From the NCBI RefSeq assembly GCF_009914755.1, contig NC_060927.1: a stretch of DNA of 64,000 bases; one strand, given 5' to 3'. Below the pieces are notes generated by a model. That model did no database searches. It was not told the origin of the DNA and was given only the letters and a program-made list of their open reading frames with translations. Position numbers and translations under genes: made by a program. This document shows, piece after piece, positions 13,579 through 30,919 of the stretch. The stretch comes from the human T2T-CHM13v2.0 reference genome, Homo sapiens. Each line of letters opens with the position of its first letter. Positions within the stretch are counted from its first letter, which is position 1.

Positions 13579-14878
13579 GATGAATGTGTTCTTGAATTCA
13601 GTTTGCTAGTATTTTGTTGAGGATTTTTGCATCAATGTTCATCAGGGATATTGGTCTGTAGTCTTCTTTTGATGTGTCTTTGTCTGGTTTTGGTATCAGG
13701 GTAATACTGGCCTCATAAAATGGGTTTGGAAGTATTCCTTCTTTCTCTAGTTTTTGGAAAAATTTGAGTAGGATTGGAATAAGTTCTTTACATGTTTGGT
13801 AAATTCAGCATTGAAGCCATTGAGTCATGGGCTTTTCTTTACCGGGAGACTTTTTATTATGATTTTGATCTCGTTACTTGATACTGGTCTGTTCACGTTT
13901 TGTATTTTTTCATGGTTCAATCTTAGTAGACTGTATGTGTCTAGGAATATTTCTGTTTCTTCTAGGTTTTCCAATTTCTTGGCATATAGTTTCTCATAGT
14001 AGCCTTTATTGATCCTTTGAATGTCTGTGGTATCAGTTGTAGTGTCTCCTTTTTCATCTCTGATTTTATTGATTTGGTTCTTCTCTCTTTTTCTCTTAGA
14101 CTGACTAAAGGTTTTCTTAATTTTCTTTCTTTTCAGAAAATGAACTTTTTCTTTCATTGATTTTTTTTTGGCACTTATTGGCTTCAAATTCATTTATTTC
14201 TTCTCTAATCTTATTTCTTCTACTAATTTGGGGTTTGGTTTGGTCTTCTATTTTCTTTTGCTTTATGATGTATCGCTGGCTTGTTAAAGCTTTTCTGCTT
14301 TTTTTGATGTAGATTCTTATTCCTGTAAACTTTCCTCTTCATACTACTTTTGCTGTATCCCATAGATTTTTGGTGTGTTGTGTTTCCATTTTTATTTGTT
14401 TCTTGAAATTTTTTTATTTTTCTCCTTGATTTCTTCATCGAGCCACTCATCATTCAGAAGCATATCATCTAATTTCCATGGTTTGTATAGTTTACAAAAT
14501 TCCTCTTCTTTTTGATTTTTAATTTTATTCCACTGTAGTAAGAGAAGATACTTGATATCATTCTAATGTCTTTGAAGTTTTTACAACTTGTTTTATGGCT
14601 TCATATATGGTGTGTCCTTGAGATAATCCATGAGCTGAGGAGAAGAGTGTTCTGCAGCCATTAGATTAAATTTTCTGTGAATATCAATTAGGTCCGTTTC
14701 CTGGATAGTGCACATAAGTTCAAATTTTCTTTGTTGATTTTCTCTCTACATAATCTGTCCAGTGCTGAAATTGGGGTGTTAAAATCTCCGGCTATTGTAC
14801 TGAAATCTGTTTCTCTCTTTAGGTCTAATAAAACTTGCTTTATATATGTGGGTGTTCCATTGGTTGGTATATATTTAT

Positions 14879-18447
<3,569 letters not shown>

Positions 18448-21400
18448 TGGTATATGTTTATTTATAATTGCTTTATCCTTTTGCGGTATTGACCTCTTCA
18501 TTACATAATGACTTTGCCTCTTGTTTTAGGTTTTGTTTAGAAATCGATTTTGTCTGATATACATATGGTTATTCCTGCTCTTTTTTGTTTTTTATTAGCA
18601 TAGAATATCTTTTTTCCTCCCTTTATTTTCAGTCTGGCTGTCTTTTTAAGTGATGTATGTTTCTTGTAGGCAGCAGATCATTGTGTGTTGTTTTTCTATC
18701 CATTCAGGCACTTTATGCCTTTTGATTGGAGAGTTTGGTTAATTTACATTCAGGGTTTTTATTGATAAATAGATACTTACTCTGGCCATTTTGTTATTTG
18801 TGTTCTAGGTGTTTTGTGTCCTCTCTTCCATCTTTTCTTCTTTCCTGTCTTTCTTTTAGCAAAGATGATTTTCTTTGGTGGTTTATTTTCTTGCTTTTAT
18901 TTTTGGTGTGTTTCTTATATGTTTTTTGATTTGAGGTTACCATGAGGCTTGAAAATAATATAACTCATTATTTTAAACTGATGTCAACTTAACATCGATT
19001 GCATAAACAAAGAAACAAGCAAAGTGAAAACTAATACAAACTCTATGCCTTAACTTCGTCCCCTTTCTTGCTTTTTAACCTTGTCCTGTCTCTATTGATA
19101 GCTTATTTTACTGTCTGTGAGTTGGAAGGTTGTTAGTATTTTTGATAGGTTCATCTTTTAGTGTTTGTACTCAAGATATGAGTAGTTTACACACCACAGT
19201 TACATGTTATAATATTCTGTGTTTTTCTGTTTACTTACTATTACCAGTGAGTTTTAAACCTTCAGATGATTTCTTATGCTCATTAATGCCCTTTTCTTTC
19301 AAATTGAAGAACTCCTTTTAACCTTTTTTTTTTTTTTTTTTTTTTTTTGGTGTTGATGAAGTCCCTTAGCGTTTGTTTGTCTGGGAAAGTCTTTATTTCT
19401 CCATCATATTTATACAATATTTTTGCTGGATATACTAATCTAGGATAAAAGTTTTTTTTTTGTTGTTGTTGTTTTTCAGAACTTCATATATGTGATGCCA
19501 CTCTCTTCTGGCCTGTAAGGTTTCCACCAGATGTATTGGAGCTCCTTTTCCTGTTATTTGTTTCTTTTCTCTTGCTGCCTTTAGGATCCTTTTCTTTCTT
19601 TACTTTGGGAGTTTGATTATTAAATGTCTTGAGGTAGTCTATGGGTTAAATCTGCTTGGTGTTCTATAACCTTCTTGTTCTTGAATACTGGTGTCTTTCT
19701 CTAGGTTTGGGAAATTCTCTGTTTTTATCCCTTTGAACAAACTTTCTACCTCTGTCTCTTTCTCTACCTCCTCTTTAAGGCCAATAACGCTTAGATTTGC
19801 CCTTTTGGGGCTATTTTCTGGATCTTGTAGGTGTGCTTCATGTTTTTTTATTCTTTTTTCTTTTGTCTCCTCTGACTGTGTATTTTCAAATAGCCTGCCT
19901 CCAAGCTCAGTAGTTCTTTCTTCTGCTTGATCGGTTCTGCTAAGAGACTCTGGTGCATTTCTCAGTATGTCAGTTTCATTTTTCAATTCTAGATTTTCTG
20001 CTGGATTCTTTTAAATTATTGCAGTCTTTTTATTAAATTTAGCTGATAGGATTCTGAATTTCTTCTTGGTATTTGTTATCTTGGATTTTGTTCACCTTCC
20101 TTACAACAGCTATTTTGAATTCTGTCTGAAAGGTTATGTATGTCTATCTTTCCAGGATTGGCTGGTGGTACCTTGTTGAGTTTCTTTGGTGAGGCCATCT
20201 TTTTCTGGAATGTTTTGATTCTTCTGCGTGTTCATCGGTGTCTGGGCATTGAAATGTTTATAGGTGTCTGGGCATTATTATTGTAGCCTTCACAGTCTGG
20301 ACTTGTTTGTATTCATCCTTCTTGGGGAGGCTTTCCGAGTATTCATAGGGACTTGGGTGTTGCACTCTATGTCTTTGGTCATGGCATCTATATCTGCATT
20401 AGGGAGCACTCCAAGCCCAGTAATGCTGTGGCTCTTGTAGCCTCGTAGAGATACTACTTTGGTGGTCTTTGGTAAGATGCAGGAGAATTTTTTGGATTAC
20501 CACACAGAGACTCTTGTTCCCTTCCCTTTCTTTTCCCCAAACAGAGTGTCTCACTCTGTGCTGAACTGCCTGGAACTGGGGTAAGGGTGACAAACACCCT
20601 TCTGGCCACCATTACAGGGACTGTGCTTGATCAGACCCGTACTCAGCACAGCACTGGGTCTTGTGCATGGCCTGCGGTGATCACTGTCTGGCTACTGCGT
20701 ATGTTCACTCAAAGTCCAGTGGCTCTACAGTCCACAGGTGGTGAGTCTAGCCTGGCTTGTGTCCTTCTTTTCAGGGCAGCGAGTTCCCCCCAGCCCCAGG
20801 CAGGTCCAGAGATGCTGTCCATGAGCCAGGGCCTGGAGCGAGGAACCTTAGTAATCTACTTAGTTCTCTGTTCTAGTGCAGCTGAGCTATCACCTAAGCT
20901 GCAAGGCAAAGTCCTTTCTGCTCTTCCTTCCCCTTTTCTCAAGCTAAGGAGTCTCTCCCTATGGCCTCACTGCCGCAGGGCTGTGGTGAGTATTGCCTGG
21001 CTATCATCAATGCTCACCCAAGGTTAAGGGGTTCTTTCAATAGCTTGTGGTTAATGTTGCCATGTCTGGGTGTCTCTCTTCAGGTAAGTTGGGTCCCCTG
21101 TGGCCCAAGGCAGGTCCAGAAATGCCATCCAGGATTCAAGGCCTGGAATTGAGGACCCCAGGTGTCCACTTGGTGCTCTACCCCAGTGTGTCTGAGTTGG
21201 TAGCCAAGCTGCAAGACAAAGTCCTCTTTACTCCTTTTCTTCTCCTTTTCTGAAGGAGAAGGAGTCTCTTCCAATAGCCACCACAGCTCGGAATGTGCGG
21301 GGTTACACCGCAAGCCAGCTTGGCTCTGAGTCTCACCCAAGACCTGTAGTACATACTATTCAGGGCTCAAAGGCTCTTTAGTTAACAGTTGATGAATCTT

Positions 21401-22637
21401 GCCAGGACTAGGTCTTCCCCTTCAAGGCAGCACATTCTCTTCTTCCCCAGGGTATGTCTAGAAATGTCATCTGTGAGCTATGGCCTGGAATGGGGGCCTC
21501 AGGATTCTGCCTGGTGGCCTATTCTGCTGTGGCCGAGTTGGTATCCCAGTTGCAAGACAAGGAACTCTTTACTTTCCCATCTCCTCTCCTCAAGCAGAAA
21601 GAAGGAATCTCTTCCAGAGCTGCACCTGTTCTGCCTGGGATTAGGGGAGGAGTGACACAAGCACTTCCTTGGGCATCCTGGCTTGTGTCTCACCAGGTTG
21701 CGCGCATTTCAAGTACTCTGGCTCTGAGCCAAGCATAGCATTGAGGCTTGCCCAGGAATTACAGTTCTTGTGGCCTAGACTGCTTTTCAAGTTTATTTAG
21801 GACCCCAGGCTACTTTAGCCCATATTGACAGAGCTTGCCAGCACTCTAATTCCAACGACTGGGATGGACAGTTCACCTCTCACTATGGCTGGTCCAAATG
21901 TTCTCTGTCTGGGCCCTGGCTGAATTCTATCCCATTTTGCTTTTTGCTGCTACAGGGCAGCTCTGAGTTCCAACATAAAGTCCCACAATCACTGTACTTT
22001 CCCTCCCCCAAGTGCACAGATTCTGTCTCTGCACCACATGGCTGCTGCTGGGGGTTCAGGGAAAGGTGGTGTAGGTGATTCAAGATGATTTTCCTATTCT
22101 CTTCAGTGTCTCTTTCCTTAATGTGGTGTTAAAACTGGGTACTGTTATATTGCTTACCTGATTTGGGCTTTTCAAAGATGCATTTTTGTGTGGATAGTTG
22201 TTTAATTTGCTGTTCCTGCCAGGGGGATGATCACTGCAGGCTCCTATTTGGCCATCTTGCTCCGCCTTCCCTCTATGCTTTACTTTTTAACAGATTGCCA
22301 AATTATTTTCCAAAGTGGTTGTGCCATATTACAATTCTGCTAGCTGTGTATGTGTGTTCTAATTATTCCACATCCTCAGCAAAACTGTGCGTGGTCAGTC
22401 TTTTTAATTTTAGACATTCTAATAGGTATATAGTGGTGCATCATTGTGGCTTTAATTTACATTTCTCTGATAGCTAATGATGTTTCACATGTTTCCATCT
22501 CCTTATTTTTCACCTATATATATATTCCTTGGTGAAGTGTGTGTTTAAATCTTTTGGTTGTTTTGTATTGGGTTATTTTTCCCTTATGACTAAGTTTTTA
22601 GAGTTCTTTATATATTCTGGATTCAAGTACTTTAACA

Positions 22638-23183
22638 CAGAGGTCCCCAGCTGGCTCATGGCCTGTTAGTAATTGGGATGCACAGCAGGAGGTGAGTTGT
22701 GGAGTAGCAAGCGAAGCTTCATCTGTATTTACAGCCACTCACCATCGCTTGCATTACTGCCTGAGCTCTGCCTTGTGTCAGATCAGCAGCAGTATTAGAT
22801 TCTCATAGGAGCATGAACCCTATTGTGAACTATGCATGTGAAGGATCTAGGTTGCATGCTCCTATGAGAATCTAATGCCTGATGATCTGTCATTGTCTCC
22901 CATCACCACCAGATGGAACTGTCTAGTTTCAGGAAAACAAACTCAGGGCTCCCATTAATTCTACATTATGGTGAGTTGTGTAATTATTTCATTATATATG
23001 ACAATGTAATAGTAATAGAAATATAGTGCATGGTAATTGTAATGCACTTGAATCATCTTGAAACCGTATCTTCTGCCACTCTGCAACACCTGCCCTCTGC
23101 ACCACCCCTACCCAGCCCCATCCATGGAAAAATCGTCTTTCATGAAACCTGGTTCTTGGTGCCAAAAAGGTTGGGAACTGTTG
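22638..23183 (+). mobile_element. MER1A-like hAT (Charlie3-derived) element
   Basis: cagaggtcccca..gattctcataggagc..atgagaatctaatgcctgatgatctg..aaaaggttgggaactgttg. Perfect 8-bp TSD ctttaaca at 22630-22637 and 23184-23191. Confidence 0.92.
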
Positions 23184-26100
23184 CTTTAACAAATATATGC
23201 CATAGCTTTTCTTTCATTTATTAGTAGTTTTTGAGTTTTTTTATTTTGAGGAAGTCTAGTTTATTTCTTTGTTCTTTTATAGGTCATGTGTTTCGTGTTG
23301 ATCTAAGATATCTTTGCCTAATTTAAGGTCCAAAGATTTTCTTCTGTTTACTTCTACCAGTTTTATCATTTTAAGTTTGACATTTAGGTCTATGGTTTAT
23401 TTGAGGTAGTTTTGAGTATGGTATAAGATATGGTTAATGTTCATTTTTTGTTTTTTGCATATTTAAAATTTAGTATTTTATGCATCATTTGTTGACAAGA
23501 GTATATTGAATTGCCTTTGTATCTTCGTAAAAAAAATCAGTTGTTCACAAATGTGTGGGTTCATTTCTAGACATTTTGTTGTTTTACACTGAAGTACTTG
23601 GAATCATGTGGTCTTAGCTCTCCAACTTAATTCTCTTCAAAGTTGTTTTGACTGTCTTAAGTTCTTTGTTATTACTACACAAATTTTATAATCATCTTGT
23701 CAGTTCTATAAAATATCCTGCTTTGATTTTTATTAGGATTGAATTGAGTCTGTAGATCAGTTTGGGGAGAATTGACATGTTAATAATATTGACTCTTTTA
23801 GCGCAGTAACAAGGTATATGTCTTTATTTATTGAGGTCTTTAAAATTTTTTTCACCAATATTTTGTAGCATATACTTTAGAAGGTCTCTGACATTAAAAA
23901 AATTTCCTGAAGTATTTCTTTTTGAAATTATTTATATATATTTAATATCAATTTCAGATTACTTATTGCTGATATACATAAATGCTGTTGAATTTTGTGT
24001 GTTCACCTTGTATCCTGCAGTCTCATTAAATTCACTTATACTTTTAGTAGCTTTTTTGTAAATTGAGGGTTTTACATATATGCTCATGTTGCCTGTAATA
24101 AAGACAGTTTTAATTCTTTCCAGTCTTGATGCCTTTTGTTTTTTCCTTGCCTGATTGCTCAGGCTAAGATCTCCAGCACAGCATTGAATAGAAGCAGTAA
24201 GCATGCCTATCTATGTCTTACTTATGATCTTAGGTAATATTCAGTCTTTTTCCATTTTTTTGATGTTATCAAGATAATTTTAGTAGATTCCTTTTGACAG
24301 ATTGGGGAAGTGCCCTTTTAGTCCTAGTGTGCTGAGAATTTTTTAAGAAATGGTTGTTTTATTTTGTCAAATGCTTTCTCTGTGACTACTGAAACGATTA
24401 TACTGCTTTTCTTTTTAAATTATTAATATGGGGAACTACATTGATTGAGTTTTGAATGTGAAACAACATTACATTTCTAGTATAAAACTCTACTTGGTCA
24501 TGATATATTATTCTCTTTATATATTGTTGCATTTGCTTTGCTAATATTATGTTTAGAATTTTTGCTTCTGTTTTTATTTAGAACGTTGTTTTGCAGTCTT
24601 ATTTTCTTATAATTCCTTTGTCTGTGTTTGGTGACAGGGTAATGCTGGCCCAAAGAATGAGTTGGGAAATATTTCCTTTTCAGTTTTTTGGAAGAGTGTG
24701 TAGAGAATTTGTATTATTTGATTATTAAATGTTTGGTAAAACTTAGGCATGAAGCCATTTGGGCCTGGATTTTTCTTTGTGGAAAGGTTTTTAGCTACAA
24801 ATCCACTTTCTTCAGTAGATTAGTTGCTACTCAGTTTCTTATCAAATTGCTTACAAAAGTTCTTCTTGAGTGAGTTTTGATAGTTTGTGTCTTTCCAGCA
24901 GTTGGTTCATGTTACCTAAGGTGTTGAATTTATAAACATAAAGCTGTTTAGGATGTTCTCTTTTTATCCTTTTAGCGTCTGTAGAGTCTACACCGATGTC
25001 ACTTCGTTTATTTCTTATATTAGTAATTTGTTGTTACTGCTTTTTTCTCATTAGTTTGGCTAGAAATTTGTCAGTTTTATTGATGTGCTTAAAGAACCAG
25101 CTTTTGTTTTCATCGATTTTTCTCTGTAATGTTTCTGCATTCTACTTCATTTCTTTCCACTTTGAACTGTTTTATTTTTCTTTTTACTGCTTACTTTGGG
25201 TTTAATTCTCCTCTTCTTCTAGTTTCTTAAGGTATAAGCTGAAACCTTGATTTCCAGCCTTTCAGCTTTTCTCATGTAGGCGTTTAGTATTATACATGTA
25301 TTTCTTTAGCAGCATCCCACAAATTCTGATATTATGTTTTTGTTTCATTGAATTTAAATAATGTCTAATTTTCCTTTGATTTGTTCTTTCTCCATGGGTT
25401 ATTTAGAAGCATGGCATATAGTTTCCAAATTTTGGAAGAGTTTCTAGATATCTTTTTGTAACCTATTTCTAATTTGATTTCATTGTGCCAAAAAGCATAC
25501 TTTGTATAACTCGAATCCTTTTAAATGTATTTAGACTTCTTTTATGGCTCAGAATAGCTCTATTTTGATGAATGGTTTGAATAAGTTTTGTATTCTGCTG
25601 TTCTTATGTGGACTGTTCTCTAAGTGTCAATTGGGTCACGCAGGTTGATGGTGAAGTTCACATCTACTATGTCCTTTCTGATTATCCACTTGTTCTATCA
25701 AATATTGAGAGAATATTGGAAATCTCCAACCATTATACTGGATTTGTCTGGATAGTTTTTCAATCCTATGAACATTCTTAAGCTTTGTTCTGAGATGCAG
25801 CTAAGTTCCTTGGAAACAGTTTTGTGCCCTTAAGTCTTGCTTTTATGATTTGTTTGGTGGGTGTCGAGTAGTGCTCAGTGTAGTGCTAACCATTCCCCAC
25901 AACTGAGGAATGAACGTCCTGGGTATTTTAACCTATGCCTTATGAGTTATGAGTTTTTCCTGTCTGGCTTGTTGGAATGGGCACTATTTCTCACTTTGTA
26001 TGACCACCAGGCAGTAATCTCCAATTCTTTGAAATTGTGTTTTCTTTTGCCTTTACAGGCATGTGCTAATTAGTACTTTGCTGACTATTTGAAGATTGCC

Positions 26101-26451
26101 CTGATCTGTCTCTGTGCTGCTCTCTGGTCTGCCATACACACTCTGTCTTGTGAACTCTTAACTGCCTTGGTCTGCCTGGACTGCCAGCTCTGACTCTGCA
26201 AATCCAGGAGTTTGCCAAGCTCTACTTGAGTTCTCCTCTGTTGCACTGGGACCTGTAATTACAGGCCTTCATACTTTGTTTCTTAACTCTCAGTAGTTAC
26301 TATTTTTTGTTGCCTAATTTCCAAGGTTTTGCACAACATTAAAAAATACATTTTGGAATTTTTTTCTTGTTGTTGCTGGTTTTGGTTGTTCCAGGCAGAA
26401 GTATAAATGTGTTCTGTTTACTTATCTTGAACCAAATCTTTTGCCCATTTA

Positions 26452-26756
<305 letters not shown>

Positions 26757-27861
26757 AAAATTTTACTCCAATCTTAAATATGCTTTTTGAGGAACAAAAG
26801 CTATGACTTTTTTTCCGCCACTTGTAAGCTAACAATTTAAAAAGCTATTACTTTTGATAAATTGCAATTTATCAGCTTTTTTCATTCTTAATGTTTGCTA
26901 AAACCTGTCTACCTCAAGGTCACGAAGATTTTCTTCTAGTAGTTTCATAGGATTAGTTTCTATATTTATGTCTGTGATCATTTTGACTTATGATGTGAGG
27001 TAGGGATGATTTTTTTTGTCATATACAGATGCCATTTATTTCAGTGCCACCTTTAAAACACTTTGCCATTTTGATTGAATTCCCACTGAAGCCTTGATAA
27101 TTTAGCAAAAATAAATTTCCTATATATATGGGTCCTTTTCTGGTCTTTGCATTCTGTTTTATTTATCTATATATCTCTTATTTCATCCATACCAACAGTA
27201 TAGTACAGTATGATTATTATGCTATGAAGCAGTTGATTTTTAAAGGTGGTTTATCAAAATTAATAGTGTTTGTTCTTGGAAAAACACAGAATCTTATTGT
27301 TTCTCTGTAGTCCATTTGTTTTCTTTTTCATCATTTTTTCTCTTTAATTTTTTCCCTTACTCTCTACTCATTTTAGGTTTACTTTGATCTTTTTGTAGCT
27401 ACTTAAGGAGGAAACTTGATTATTAATGTAGATCTCTTTTTCTAGTAAAGACATTTAAGGCTATAAATTTTCTGTAAGCACTACTTTTAATTGTTATATA
27501 TTTTGAGCTTATGTAGATGTTTTATTGTTGATGAATTTTAATTTCATTCTGTTGTATTCAGAAAGTATGCTTTGTAAGACAGTCTTTTGAAATATATTTA
27601 TTTATTTTAGTGTTCTACACTTGGTTTACTTGAAAAGAGTGAGCTTCTTGGCGGTTGTTGGGTGTAGTTTATACTTTTTATCATTACATTTTAATTTTTT
27701 TATTGGTTTTAAAGCTGTATCACCTTGTTTTATTTTTCGTTGTTCCTCTACAAATTACACCTTAAACTTAACTTGTTAAAATGCATCTTTAGTTTATTCC
27801 ATTCTACTTTAACTTATCCCATTATATTTATCCTAAGCAAAAGTGTCTTCATTTCACCTTC

Positions 27862-28180
27862 TTTTTTTTCCCCCTCTTTTTGATACAGGGTTTCACTCCT
27901 GTTGCCCAGGCTGGAGTGCAATGGTATGATCTCGGCTCCTCCAAGATCATATGATCTGCAGCCTCCGCCTCCTGGGCTCAAATGATTCTCCTGCCTCAGC
28001 GTCCTGAGTATCTGAGACTACAGGAACACACCATTGTACCCAGCTAATTTTTGTATTTTTTGTAGAGACAGTGTTTCGCTGTGTTGCGCAGGCTGGTCTC
28101 AAACCCCTGAGCTCAAGTGATCCATCTGCCTTGGCCTCCCAAAGTACTGGGATTACAGACATGAGACAGCATGCCTGGCC
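27862..28180 (-). mobile_element. AluJ-like
   Basis: Antisense dimer. TSD atttcaccttc at 27851-27861 and 28182-28192. Confidence 0.92.
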
Positions 28181-30642
28181 TATTTCACCTTCAGTTTTGA
28201 ATGATAGATTTTACTGTCATTCAAATATGGATGTATTATTGATTGACAATTTTTTTCTTTCCTCATCACTTTGTATTGGTTGTTCCAATGCCTTCTGGCT
28301 TTCATAGTTTCTGAGGAAAAGTTAGCTGTAATCTTATAATTGTTCCAGTATATACTGCATCTTTGTTCTCTGGCCTCTTTCCAGGTTTTCTTTTTATCTT
28401 TGGCTTTCAGAAGTTTGACTATCATGCGTGAGAGTGATTTTTGTTCATGTTTAGCCAAACTGAAAAGCTCACTTTTCAGTGAGCTTTTTGTCTGTGTAAA
28501 TAAATGTTTCCCCCCAAATTTGAGAACTTTTATGCTATTATTTCTTCAGATATTCTGTTTGTTCATTTGTTCTTTTTCTCTTGGTGGACCTTACACATAT
28601 GTTGGACCACTTGCTATTGTCCTACAGATCTCTTGAGGTCCTCTTCATTTAAAAAAATTTTTTTTTCTTGTACTCCAAATTGAGTAACTTATGGTGGTCT
28701 TTCTTTAAGTTCACTGATTTTATTTTTCTGTTTTCTTTCTTGAGCCCATTTCATGAATTTTTTTAAATTTTGCTTTTACCTTTAGAATTTTCTTTTTGAA
28801 AAAATATAGTTTCCATATCTCTGATGAGATTTCCCATCCATTCATTGACACTATTTTTCCTTCAATATTTAAACAATTTATAATAGCTGCCAATAAATAT
28901 TTATGTGATAAAACTAATATCTGGTTCACTAATAGTTTTGATTTACTCTTTTCTTATGCTGTTTGTTTCCATATCTTTTTTTTTTTTTTTTTTTTTTTTG
29001 GCTTAAAAAACATTATAGCCACTCTGGATTCAGCTGTGTTCTCCTGGGGATTATTGTTTTGTTTTATTTTTGTACTTTTCTCACCTGAAACTATAAAGAT
29101 CCTCTTCCTTCCTATAGGTACTGTCTAATATTTCTGTACTGTTAGGACTTCCCATTGTTACATTTTTAGACTGGCTCTGTGGCATAGTCTTTTCTGTTTC
29201 TATGTAATTTTATTGTCAGCTAAGAATTTAAGTAGAGATAGAGCTCACTCTGTCTGTTTTGCTTCTGTGGTTGATTGCTTCATTTTCAGCTGCTCTGCCA
29301 GCTTTACAATGTGTCCTCAGATACTTCAAGTTCATTCTTCTTCACCTTTCTACCACCAGAGATGCACATATTTGGTTAATACACTTAATTTAAAAACGCA
29401 TCAAAGGTATATTTCTCTCTAATCTCTGGCTACTTTTTGCTGGATTCCCTGAAAATTTCCCCTGAGTATGTGTAATTTAGCTGTTAGTCAAGGGTTTTGA
29501 CTTAATTTATATTCAGATTTGGATCATACTGTTGCTGTGGTTCTCTTCCTGCCTGCATTTCCGTTTTACATTTTTTCTGTTCTTTTAGCCCTGAACTCTG
29601 ATTCTGGAACCTTGAACCCAAAGGCTGGGGTCTTCTACTATTGTGTTTCTGCAGCCATAGCCATAGGAGTGTCCCAACACCAGAAAATAATAAAACAATA
29701 AATATAACAGTAACTCTTCACTTCTAAGTGAGATTTTTGTGATTAGACTATTTGTGGCGGCTTTTTGGATTCTGTTTGGTGTCCATAAATACATTTTTTA
29801 CCATGTTACTTAGTTATTATAATTGTTTTCTGTCAGCAGTTTTGTTCTGCCACTCCTTCACTATTAGTCTTAATTTTAATTTTAAGTTACATTAAAACAA
29901 AACCTTTAAAGATACTGTGACTTGAGATAATTTTTATACTAAAGTTTAAATTTATATCTCTATTGCAGATCATTTATAAATGCATAGAATTCTTGAACAC
30001 TTTTGTTAATCATAGTAGACTTTCTCTGTTATCTTAAACATTGAAAATATATTATTTGAGGTATTTACCTTTCATTGAAAATACATAATTATATGAGACT
30101 GTCATCTCCCCATAACCAGTTTGAAAAAGGTTATAACCTTAAAGTTTTGCTACTTAAGTAGGCAGCAAATAAAGGATATTGTTTTGATTTTTATTTCTTA
30201 AATATCATTAAGGTTGAGAATCTTTTTATAGAATAATAGATCATTTATTTTTTTTCTTGCTGAATTGCCAGTTAATTTCCAGTTTTAATTATTCTGTTGT
30301 TCACCTTTTTAAATACTACTTTGGTTTTTAGGACCTCTTCATGAATATGGGCATTCGTTTCAGATATGTTTAAAATATCCAAGTATGTGCCTAAATGATA
30401 TTTACAAAATTATTTCATTCGTTTACTTCATTTAAATTTTTGTGGTAAGCCTAATGTTAGTTTATGGTGTATGATATATGAGAATCTTCTTGAAGTTTTA
30501 TCATATTCTCAAATTTTGAAGGCATTTTAAATATTTCATTCCTACATGCTAATTAAGTTTATCTCCCTTCTACCTTACTCATTTGACGATGAAGTTTATT
30601 TTCCCCACTACCATGCTTTTAGTATTTTCAGAAAACAGATTT

Positions 30643-30919
30643 TTTTTTTTTGGAGTCAGAGTCTTGCTCTATCACCAGGCTGAAGTGCAGTGGCACAATC
30701 TCGGCTTACTGCAACCTCTGCCTCCCGGGTTGAAGTGACTCTCCTGCCTCAGCCTCCCGAGTAGCTGGGACTACAGGCATGTGCCACCATGCCCAGCTAA
30801 TTTTTGTATTTTTAGTAGAGACAGGGTTTCACCATGTTGGCCAGGATGGTCTTGATCTCTTGACCTCGTGATCTGCCTGCCTTGGCCTCCCAAAGTGCTG
30901 GGATTATAGGTGCCTGGCC
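30643..30919 (-). mobile_element. AluSc-like
   Basis: Antisense dimer. TSD cagaaaacagattt at 30629-30642 and 30920-30933. Confidence 0.93.

Noticed and set aside
20399-22477. Cluster of overlapping ORFs suggesting an operon or novel gene
   Set aside because: It lies in the GC-richer repetitive L1MA 5'UTR. ORFs on both strands lack coherent protein features.
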